A program made the translations under genes and the position numbers. The notes under the pieces are model-generated. The model was given only the letters and a program-made list of their open reading frames with translations. It did no database searches and had not been told where the DNA came from. Shown here piece by piece: positions 1-10,939 of a stretch of 64,000 nucleotides of DNA. The stretch is from positions 6,510,001-6,574,000 of the forward strand of contig CM120640.1 of NCBI GenBank assembly GCA_051362555.1, read 5' to 3'. Positions within the stretch are counted from its first letter, which is position 1; every line of letters starts with the position of its first letter. The stretch comes from Lingula anatina (taxonomy: Eukaryota > Animalia > Brachiopoda).

Positions 1-664
1 TAACCTGGGTACGGTCATGCCAACAATATTTTAACATCAATCTTAATTCATTTAAAGGAGTTCATGTGAAATAAAAATGTAACAAAATAATCCAAGACTA
101 ACATAAAAGTGACAATATCTGCGAATTTGCTTTAATTAATACAATGAACGAAGCCAAGTTGTTCTTTTGTTGTTGCTTTGCAACTGAAGTATTTCTTTTA
201 AAGCGCAGCACGGACGGTCGGAACAATATCACAGCATGACTTCGACGGACTTGCATCTTGCAGGAAATAAGCCCTCAGATAAAACTGTTTTTTAAATACA
301 TAAAGCCAGAGCAAAATATTTACAATTAAAAGAAATGTTAAGCTCTGCGATTGTTTTTTTTTAAAGTATGTGATACAAACTTACCGTACAAAATAGGAAA
401 TAAAGAATCCTTTGGCCACACATTTACGCTGATACATATACTATACAATACAGGTGCTTGCCTCCAGTAAGCAAATTTTTGAATACGTAAGGGGTTCAAA
501 TCCCTTTTTCAAATATAAACCTGAGCACAATACTGTTATCTCTGCTTTTACGCCCTTATCTTGTGTTATATTGTTATGCCCATCCTTGTGTGGGCGAATC
601 CTCGGGTTTGCGTTCACCAAAGGCAGATTTCCCTCTGGCAGTTTTTGGTCGAACTGTGCACAAA

Positions 665-3600
665 TCACCGCCTTTCGGTAAAACGAGATTCGCATTCGGC
701 AATCATTCCCTGAGCCTGTAATAAACATCATTTCAATGTAATCCGTATTTTAAAAAGAAACTAACCAATATTGCGCAACTTCTACTGTTTCTCAAACATG
801 CGATTTACATGACTTGGTAAAGTATAACAGAATAATAATCAGTTGTAAGTGTAGATAACAGTCAGTTTTTTACTAATAGAACATTGTGGGACTCTGTGAT
901 AAAAACGCACCCAGACATAAAATGTGGCCGCCCCAGCGCTCACATCGTGTACTTTATCTTTGCTGAATCTGGCCAGGATCTGCTTGGCTCGAAGGGCTAC
1001 ATCTACTGCAAGTTTCTCAACGTTAAACTGAGAAACCATCCGTTTCAAGCTTTCTTTACCAGTTTTGCCCATAAACGCTTGTACGGACCGCCATTCCTAT
1101 AGAAAAGATCAATTTGGGGACTATCGTTAATTACATTCCACACTAAGTGTCTAAAATTTAAACCTTAGTTTTTTCACATTTTAGCAATTGAAAAAAGACT
1201 AAAGCAACATTGAAATTAAATGTCTTTTTAATCTTCATGTAAAGCATTTTCTCAAAGATATCCTCACAGATAAGAAACATTTATAAATCACAGTAAATCA
1301 CTTACCTTCACTTGGTCTTCTGTTAACCCAAGCAAAAGGTACGATGCCACCATAACTTGATGAACAGCATCCGGCGGATTGGAATAACTCCGTATCTCAG
1401 CTATGGTCTTTTGGTCCAAATTCAGGATATCATGGCGCAGTTTTTCAATGTGTCTTAGGTGTTCTAGGACACGTTTGGCGTAAGCAAGCTCAAGGTTAAG
1501 GCTCTTGTTGTAGTTGGCAGCCTCTCCAGCTTCTATGGCCCTCTCTAACACATCCACCTCACGAACAGACATTGCTGTCACAAGATCTGCAAATGAGCAA
1601 AAGTGAACAAAATTAAATTTTGCCTCTGTTCTCATTCATTTACCTACCTATTTATTAATATACTTATATTTTCAGTATGTATTTATTGGTTGTAGGCCTA
1701 CTCGATGTGATTCAATCTTAGTACCTATGAACAGCCAGATACAGCATCTACCCTACCACCAATACCCCGTGCTTACATCACCCTTTCGCTAAACGCATTT
1801 ACTATGTTCAAACTCGACTTTGATTTTATTCTACATGTAATTTTATTGATTTATTTAATTTAATTTTAGCCACATTCCGTACAAAAATGTATTTTCTAAA
1901 CGCTTAGTAATTCTATTGCTGTATTAGTACAGGAAGATTCAAGGTAAAACACTCAAAAGAACATATATTTGTAGCTGCAAATCAAGTTAATGAGTAACGT
2001 AGCTTTGCAGTCAAAATACGGAGAAATGATGCAGCATCTAAAACACTCACCCGATTTCGCCTTCAGCAGCATCAGCATTTTCTTTGCCTTTTCCAGGTTA
2101 TTCTTATTATCAGGGAAACCACTATCCTCGAATTCTTTGATAGCTACGGCAAGTTCGTTAGGATCTTTGGATTCCATGGCTAACTTCAGCTTGCTATTCA
2201 ACATTCGCCGCTTTTCGGCTGAATGAATAAAGGAGACATTATAAAAAAGATATTTAAAATACTGTATGTTGTTATGAAAACTTCATCATTTTATGAAACA
2301 AACTTGTTAAACTGATTTTTTTTAAAGTTGTGATTAATGTACGCTTAGACTGTAAGCTGTGGTTTACCATCTCTGATGATCTTGACAACAACGGTACCGT
2401 TGATAAGCTAGTTTGGTTTAATTTGACGGTGAAAGTGAATATAAATCAATGCAAATTAAAAGTTGTGCTGAGGGAAAAGCAGAAAGAATGTTAATATGCA
2501 AGGGAAAAAGAAAATCCCGGGGAATAGTTTCAGTTTCTGGGTCATCGTTACGAACACAGTGCAATTCCTCGTTAGCTACTTAAGCGATTTGTGGAATGAG
2601 GGCATATGCATAAAAAGACGCAGTAAAATTAATAAAAAAAAATTCAAAGAAAAATGTTAGTGAGATGAAAGATTATTAGTCGGAACACTCAAATTAGGAA
2701 AAAATAGGTCATCAAAATCTAAAAACGTACTACATGCACGTGCATATAAGTTCAATAAAATCCATTGTCAATAAATCAGAGAGGAATCATTATGTTTCAA
2801 GAATAAAAAAGTAATTTGTTTGTCAATAAACAACTAATACTGAAATAGTTAACCTCCAATATTTCGGCCTCTGTCTAGAGTATCATCGGGAAAAGAGTCT
2901 ACTCGTGTTAATAGCCTCTATCCAGAATATATACTTCCTGATGATGGTAAATCTTATTTCCTGATGAACATGCTCTAGACAGACATCGAAATATTGGAGG
3001 TGAACAATTCCAATATTAGCTACTGATTGAAGAATAAGAATTACTTCTTTATTTTTATTGTTTTTGAAAAATTTCAAGACAAAATTTACCAAGAATCAAA
3101 ATAACTGAAAAGAAAAGCCACGGTGAATTAAAATAATTACACTGATATTAGGATATATTGGATAATTGACTTAATCATAATTAAAGAAAAACATGACAGC
3201 CAAAATGAAGGTTGACGAGAGAGATGTGATGGTGCAAAAAAAGCACGTTCACAAGAAAATGAAACATACCCAGTTTTCTCTCCTCCTCTAATTTCTTCTT
3301 TTCTTCTGCTGACATTTGATTTGTGACAGGAGGCGGCTCCTCTGACTGTTCTGATATCTGTGGAGACAAATCAACACACATATTACGATATACATTACGA
3401 TATACATCCAGTAAACATGCTGATAATTGTACATATAATAGAAACAGCATCAAAAAGGAAGCATTCGCCCACTCGACTAAAAGTAGCTTAGCTAATGCAT
3501 TTTTATTCCGATGAGGTAAATGGAAAAGACGCTGATTAAACTGAATACAACTTACGACGGGAGCCGAAGCCATTGGCTCGCTGTACACGGTGTATGTGCC

Positions 3601-6563
3601 AAGATTGGACAGTGCCCCGCTTTCCGTGTGTTCAAACAAAGTCAGCAGGTACTCTCCTTCATCCGGGACTTCAATCCTCACGATGTATTCCCCGCCATCC
3701 TCCCTCAGGGTCACTTGCTGTGTCTTAATGGGGTCGATCGAGTTCTTCTTTTGGAGCTCAGCCATAAGATTTTCAAATGATTTGGGCAGGCGGATTTCGA
3801 CTGTACCATTGTGGGTAACCTTAGGTTTGTCCACATCTGGAATTTTGGGCTTCTCATTTAGCCCCTTGTTGCTGACATCAGCGTCACCTCGGTCAGCTTT
3901 TGAAATGATGAGATAGTTGTGGACATTGTAGAGGCGGTCCGGATCTTCCGTTCTGCAGGCGTAAATGCTCGCGGAGCACTCCCCAGCCTTAGGTAAGATG
4001 ATTTCCAAAGACGTTTCCCCTCCAGCATTTGGACCGGTCTTACGCAGGCAATGCTTAAAGACACTATCATCTAAACCGGCCGAGTGAATTTCACAGAAAA
4101 GTTCAACTCCTTTGGGTGCTCGGAACTGAGGTGTGCACTGACCGTCGTCGGTTTCTATGAGTCCTCCAGGATAATTTAGAGGCACGACGCCCAGTTTGCT
4201 TGCGAAGTTCCCTTTCCCCAAAGCTCCGTTATGAACATGTGGATAAGGTTCGTTTTTCACTTTGTCGTTTAAGCAGCGTATGAGGTAGTTGCAGACGTTC
4301 GGAATATCTCCTTCGTCGTTCCGATCATTTGCGAACAGTTTCAGTGCGTATTCACCTTTCTTCGGTAGGCGCACTGTGACGAAGGCCTCACCATTTTCAA
4401 CGCGACTGATCACAAAATTTTCCAAGACTTTCTCGTCCATTTTGTTACTCAGCAGACTTTGGAGCAGGGACACATCTTTTTTCAGCCTGAATTTCATTTC
4501 AACACATCCATCTTCCGTCTCGACAAGCCCGCAGTCATGTGTCAGTGGAGTCATGCCTGCGTCCTCGGTCTCGGCGCCTGGTCCCCAACCAATGACTGGG
4601 TTATCAGGAAGCGGTTCCACATCGCGTTTGGGTTCCGGGCATTCGATTACGTAGGCACAACACAATTCCAGGCTATCATGTTTAGTGATGTCCTGACCAA
4701 ATACGTTCAACCTGAAGGTACCTGCCACGGGGAACCTGATATTGTAGTTCAGAGTATTTCCTTGACGCGTGTAAAACACAAATCGGTCCATTTGTCCCCC
4801 TGTCACAGGGCCTCCAGCCTTGCGATACAACATGTACCTAAACTTTACATTCATGGCATCCAATGCAGGGAGTTCAAAGGGAATATCTATTTCACCATTG
4901 TTTGACTTCACCAAACAGGTCTTGTGGCTGTTAGGAGTTTGTTTCAGTCCAAGATTCCAGAACATCTCCCTAACATACATACCTTGGCCGAATTCATCAA
5001 CAGTGAGAGGCTTTTCAAGCAATTGCCATTTTTGATCATTGGGGAAATGAGTAAATATAAATTGATCTGGATCTGGCATGAAGAAAAATTCGTTTATTCG
5101 ATGATGAGTTTCTCCTTCTTCGTCGCCCTCTTCGTAATCATCGCTATCATCGCTGACAATTTTACCGTCTATGTCTAGAAGAGTCCACTCCTTGGACGTT
5201 CTACCGACAACACAAGAAGACGCCCAGAAGACGTCCATTAAACGCCATTCTCCGTCCACGTATACGGCGTTCCACTGGGCGGCCATGCGGCGTTTGTCCA
5301 CGGGTCTGCCTATCTCGTACGCGGCACTCTTGTTTATGCCATTGACAATGACACACGGCAACTGTGCTAGCCTAAAATATACATATTAATATGTATTCAT
5401 AATTATTATTACTATTATTATTATTATTATTTTTGAAGACACTTAAATTAAGAAGAGCTTTATCTTACTTTGGGGCGTCTCTAAACAAGTAAAGCCACAC
5501 TATAGGCTCACAGGACACTTTAAATAAGCAACTTCCCCTCTCAAAACAAGGTTTCAGAAATAAAACTCACCGGCAAAGAGAGAAAAACAAATGAGCATGA
5601 TTGCCCATATTCCATTTGATTTTCAGAAGATATTCCAATGGTGTTTTCTGTGGTGGCAGGCTGTCCATTCCCATTCCATGGATATCAATAGAGGCTATCC
5701 ACTGAAATATTGCGCGCACTTTGGCTACGTCATTACTAGCGCCCTCTGTGAGGTACTGGATCAACTCTGGGAACGGCTTTACCATCAAGTCTTTGGGGGT
5801 CTGACATGTGAATGGAAAATCATATATCAAACATCAGAAACCTATTGAGGGTATAGTTTAGATATTGTTATCTGATTATGCTGCTGTTATTTGGAAGAAT
5901 GATCAAGGAACATCTCATTGTAATAGTTGTGCTTCTAGCTTTACTTTTCTTTTAGTCATTTCCGGATGAAACCTTGCATGAAATAAGTACAAGATGAAGT
6001 TATTCTACTGTAAACCAACATCCCCTGAAATTTCTTTACCTTGAGAACTTTTTTGTCTACATCTTTGAATAAAACCTTTGTGAAGACGTCCACTTTGCGT
6101 GTCACAGGAGGACAAGGCGGAGGGATCTTGGCGGTTACTTTTTTGTATTCTTCCTTTTGGTTTTCTGTATCCACTTCGTTTATTCTAGCAGCTTTTTCGT
6201 CATTTTCCATCCCAGATCTTGAGCTGCTTGGACCATAGGTTTCCGATGGCTACAAGAGTACACACAAATGTTTTTTCAGATTTACATTACTATAGTTAAA
6301 TGTACTTAAATGTAGAACACGATTTTATTGTCTATGGCTCTCAGGAATCTAGGATGAGGGTTTTACCAGTACCAGGATGCAAATAAATAGCAAGAAGCAT
6401 TGAATAGGAACTGGAGAAAGATGTTAAGAAATCAACAGAAAGAAATCACCAAAATGGATATTTTGGGTGACTGTAAATTTAAATTAAAAAAGAAAAATGC
6501 CAAGACGCCTTTTACCTTAGGTTTCACGGCAGTTTTGTGGTGTTTAGACGCTCCAGAACCCAT
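665..6563 (-). CDS. KY/hillarin/LTD-1-like inactive transglutaminase-fold protein with C-terminal dynein MTBD-like domain, copy A (about 1025 aa, derived and shortened)
   Basis: Phase-consistent GT-AG exons 6563-6516, 6249-6040, 5800-5571, 5371-3556, 3357-3270, 2218-2051, 1586-1306, 1096-911, 715-665 (3078 nt). Starts MGSGAS. Motifs KVRAIFQWI, WNAVYVDGEWRLMD, EFFFMPDPDQFIFTHFP..KWQLL are typical of the KY/hillarin family, followed by repeated beta-sandwich units (P..G.Y.L.LF). Confidence 0.85.
2798..3062. mobile_element. Inverted-dimer element whose arms carry a Penelope-type minimal hammerhead-like motif
   Basis: Arms ~2798-2893 and ~2957-3062 are imperfect reverse complements. The right arm reads CCTGATGA..TCTAGACAGA..CGAAATATTGGAGG. 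A centre-deleted remnant is at ~13560-13672 in copy B. Confidence 0.65.
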
Positions 6564-7468
6564 GTGTTTGATGTTTCAATCTGCAGTGTGGAAAAAAATT
6601 ACATGAATAAAAATCAAGATGGCGCATGATTCCATGTGAAAACCAGCAACTATACTATCTAGATATTGATGTCCTTACAACCTACATAGCGTAGACCTGA
6701 TAAAGGCGCTCCATAAATTGCACAGTTGTCAACTTCCAAGTGATAATGGCTATTTACAAACGATAACTTTTGACTTATTTTAATAATCTGAAAGTTCCAG
6801 TGTTCTCGATTTTGTCCTTTAACAAACAAAAATAATTTAGCCTCAAAATGACTTCTTATAGCTTTTGCATCTAGCCAGTGGTAACCGTTTCGGAAGCTGA
6901 AAATATAAGTGTCATAATTCTAACGAAGTCTTAAACACTCAATCAAATATTAGAGAAGCTACTGTAATAGAAAAATAACGATCATAATCATCTTAACTGT
7001 GGGTTGCATTACATGAACGATATGAACAGGAGTGGACTAATAACACAAGAAAATGTATGTAACTTGTGACATTACGCACGTACGTTTTTAATCGATTACT
7101 AAGATTGCGTCGAACAGAAAGCAAACATGCCCAGGTTTACCAATACCATTACTTTCAGACTGGGGTAACACAGAGCTATAAACAAATGATTGATACATGC
7201 ACCTTCGTCACTAATTGTAACATTTAAAATAGATTAGGTATCTAACTGACAGACAAAAAAAAAAAAAAAAAGAATTGTTCATCGTAAACAGACCTTTTTT
7301 TGGCTGTATATTTAAAATAAACTTTTTTTGTCATGTTGCAGTGAAAATCTTTATCTTAAACATGTTCGAATAGGTTACCCTGAACCAAGGAACATTACCT
7401 CTACGAAGAACTGCTTGTTCACGTTTACAAATCACAAATGACACACGTGGACTTTATGTTTGAGGTCA

Positions 7469-7496
7469 GTTCCCATGGCCACGTTGCTTTAGGTAC
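7469..7496. promoter_or_regulatory. Two adjacent RFX X-box-like motifs near the presumed non-coding first exon of copy A (conserved at ~18155-18182 in copy B)
   Basis: GTTCCCATGGCCAC and GTTGCTTTAGGTAC are imperfect matches to GTNNCC-N(0-3)-RGYAAC, within a non-coding block well conserved between the copies. Confidence 0.35.
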
Positions 7497-7975
7497 TCGA
7501 AATTCAGAGCAATTTTCTGTCATATTACAAAATGTACTAAAAAAAACTATGTCAATGGCAGACTTTGTCATTATGAGTAATGTGTGGAATCAAAAAAAAA
7601 AAAAAAAAAAAAAAGATGTTTGTCAAAACCAAACAGTAGCATCTATGTAACAAATTAAACCAGGAAGAAATGTATACACAAGGCAATTGAGCTTTGTGGA
7701 ATATTATTTGAGTGAATCGTTGACCAAATTTATTCATGCTATTGATAGACCTCCCGTTTCTTTGGTATCACTTCCTGTAACTTAAATCTTTTCCCCATCA
7801 GTCGATCCAATAATGTAACGAGGCTTAGGTCCCTACTGCATACAGTGGGTGAATTGGGTGAAGTGTAGGCACATTGTGATAACCGTTATATGATATATTG
7901 TGCAAAAGTTGGAGCAGGTTTGTGCCTCGAGTTATCCGGGGTTATCGGCTTTTATTCTCCACCCTATAAGAAGGT

Positions 7976-8175
7976 TACCCTCTAAAAGGGTGAGTGATAG
8001 ATTTTTTACAGATATTCACAGATATGTCTCTAGCTAGATAGATGGTCATTTTCAGAAAATGACCATGTGAAAACCATGTGAACACCACAAATTTTCAGAA
8101 AATGACCATCCATCTAGCTAGAGACATATCTGTGAATATCTGTAAAAAATCTATCACTCACCCTGGTAGAGGGTA
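7976..8175. mobile_element. 200-bp foldback MITE with 9-bp TSD (Mutator-like)
   Basis: Termini TACCCTCTA...TAGAGGGTA, near-perfect ~80-bp inverted arms, direct repeat TAAGAAGGT at 7967-7975 and 8176-8184. Confidence 0.88.
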
Positions 8176-8456
8176 TAAGAAGGTTGGTGCTCTAATATTA
8201 ATAAACTATAGGCAAAAATAAATTAAACGCTATTTGCAAACACACCTTTTGGAAGATATGCGTTCTAATATCACTAAACGGAGAATAAAAACACATTCAA
8301 TTGATGTTAGAAACCCAAGCATTTGCTTATTACTGAATAGACTGAATAGGTTTTTGATATTACACTTGGTACGTACATTGCTCCGATAATAGTACTTATT
8401 AGAAGACCATTCTTTCAAGTTCACGTTCGTGTACACGCTAACTGCATTATTCAAAC

Positions 8457-8474
8457 CATAGAAGTACTTCTATG
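8457..8474. mobile_element. 18-bp perfect palindrome with 7-bp flanking direct repeat (minimal MITE or transposon footprint)
   Basis: TTCAAAC-CATAGAAGTACTTCTATG-TTCAAAC (8450-8481). Confidence 0.65.
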
Positions 8475-10009
8475 TTCAAACTAAGCGTCATTTCTATAAA
8501 ATCCAGCAGTGCTATCATTTCCAGAAAGCAATTTCACATATTCCTCAATGACAAGACAGCGATAAGTATCACCAATATTGAAAACTGTCTGTAAGAGATA
8601 TCTGGTTAACAATCACTGACTTGTGAAATGAGGTTTACCAAATGTACATAATCAAGTCGTTTTTGTTTCTTGATCTTAATTTCCCCAGATGACGAGAAAC
8701 TTTTTTGTCCCTAAAAATTCGTTTTCGAGGAGAAATCCGAACTCTTTGGCAGAAATATTTCAACCTCACTGCATAATGCTTTAGTCATGCTAAATCACTT
8801 GAATGTCGTTTTCATTGATTCATTGAAGAAAACGTACATGCAAGCAACTGAAAGGCACAATATTTATTCAAATTATGTATTACCTTATATCCCTAACGTG
8901 TATGGGTGTATACATGTACAAAATATTACTGGTACTTAGAACACAATATTCATTGATTATAAGATTATATGGAATGCTCTTGCGAGTCAACGCGGCTAAG
9001 AAGTTTCGACCATCTAGACTTATCTTTCGTGATAAGGTTGACTGAAATCAAATCCCTTTGCAGGACATTAAATAGAGCGAGGAATGTTCTACTTTATGAC
9101 AAACGCCATACGATGAAAATTTAAGCACATTTCAGGAACTGCTTCTCCGAAGATTGTAGATGCGCCTTTCATTAACAAAGATTTAAGTACTAGTTGTATA
9201 ATAAACAAAACGAGAACTAAGTCTATTTGTCGTATTAAATGTGTTTTATTCCTTAGACTAATAAACATGCGGATTTAGACCTGTGGCCTATATATGGGTT
9301 GCCTGTGACATCATTTACTGAGCTCGTTCTACGAGTCAATATCCTAGATGAAGCAAACTCCACCAAAGTGAAAAAAAATACAGCTGATGCATGTATAATA
9401 CCAACTTTATGTACATGTAGGCCCGTCACGGGGGTGTCTCGTCAGCCTCAACTTGGCTACGGTCATACCAGCAGTATATTAAAATCTAATTAATTTAAAT
9501 AAATAAATATAAAATAAAAAATATAACAAAACAATCCAAGACTTACACAAAAGTTGCAATATCTACGAATTTGGCTTTTGTTTTGCAAATAAAGTATTCC
9601 TTTTAAAGCGCAGCACGGACGGTCGGAAAAATATCACAGCATGACTTCGACGGACTTGCATCTTGCAGGAAATCAGTCATGAGATAAAACTGTTTGTAAA
9701 ATACATAAAGCGCTAGCCAGAGCAACTTAAAAAATATGTACAATAAAAGTAAATGTTGACCTCTGTGATTTTTTTGTTTTTGTTTTAATAATAATAATAA
9801 AGTTATAATAATAAAGTAAATTCAAAATGGAGTAACATGCATAGATGTGGGTATTTGAAATATAAATTAGAAATAATTATATATTAAAAACTGTTATCCA
9901 TAATCCAAAAACATAATTATAATGTTTTATGTTCTTTTTAAAAAAACACAGATGCAGTACAATAGTATGTGCAACAAAGCTACCGTACAAAATAATTACA
10001 CTGATACCT

Positions 10010-10665
10010 GGTTTTCAAATGTGAAAATAGTTTCATTGGATCTTAGTTTTGATAGTCAGAAAGGTTTCATTTATGCTAGATCCTGAAATTTGATTTACCT
10101 GTTGACTGTTTCGTCTGTTCACTCTGACAGACTTGGTCACAACTGAATTACCTGTTCAGGTGAAGGAGAGACGGGAAGAAAATTAGAAACAAGACTAGAG
10201 GAACACAAGAAAGATGTTAAGGAAAATGTAGGTGAGGGAGTTAACACCAGATCCAAACGCTCTATGTCAACAGGAGTTCTACACAAATCTGCCATCACAG
10301 ATCATATGTCAGATAACAACCATGTGCCAAAATGGGACAATGTAAAGGTGCTAACCAGTGAAAATGACTACAGCAAGCGCAAAGTTTTGGAATCGATCTG
10401 GATAAGAAGGAAGAAACACACCATGAACAGAGATGAAGGAGCACACAAGCTGTCCCATGTGTATGACGACATTCTCAAACCCACCCTGGGGGGAGGGGGC
10501 GAGAGGGGCTAACAAGTCATCATCAAGACTGAGATAATTACCTGTTCACCTTCACCTGAACAGGTAATTCAGTTGTGACCAAGTCTGTCAGAGTGAACAG
10601 ACGAAACAGTCAACAGGTAAATCAAATTTCAGGATCTAGCATAAATGAAACCTTTCTGACTATCA
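10010..10665 (+). mobile_element. 5'-truncated Penelope-like retroelement (GIY-YIG endonuclease C-terminal half) with inverted pseudo-LTR and 13-bp TSD
   Basis: Frame 10165-10512 reads GETGRKLETRLEEHKK...SAITDH...WDNVKVL..E...RKVLESIWI...MNRDEG..LSHVYD. Perfect 117-bp inverted repeats at 10050-10166 and 10549-10665. TSD TACACTGATACCT at 9997-10009 and 10666-10678. The empty site is visible in copy A at ~425-437. Confidence 0.92.
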
Positions 10666-10939
10666 TACACTGATACCTATACTATACAATACAGGCTCAT
10701 GAGTCCAGTAAGCAAATGTTTAAATACAAAAAAGCCAGCAGGTTACAGAGAACTTAACTTCTCTTAATACGCACGTAAGGGATTCAAACCCATTTTTTAA
10801 ATATAAACCTGAGCACAATACTGTTATCCCTGCTGTTATGCCCCTATGTTATGCTGCCGTAGACCTACTGTTATGCCCACCGCTGCGTGGGCTATCCTAG
10901 GGCATGACTGTTATGTCCCTATGTTATGCTGTTAAATCG

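Noticed and set aside
665-667. TGA as selenocysteine or read-through codon
   Set aside because: It arises from a 2-bp frameshift relative to copy B; no SECIS was recognised.
2370-2400. CTGATGA as another hammerhead core (also ~12885)
   Set aside because: No stem II followed by GAAA at a suitable distance.
3181-5361. 726-aa (and 667-aa at 14036-16039) ORF as a complete single-exon gene
   Set aside because: It is one large internal exon plus intron read-through; splice sites at 5371/3556 and 16049/14162 and flanking exons give the real model.
3323-5848. Many plus-strand ORFs conserved in both copies
   Set aside because: Antisense shadows of the minus-strand coding exons; no independent motifs.
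8980-9070. tRNA or tRNA-derived SINE
   Set aside because: Only vague A/B-box resemblance; no cloverleaf could be folded.
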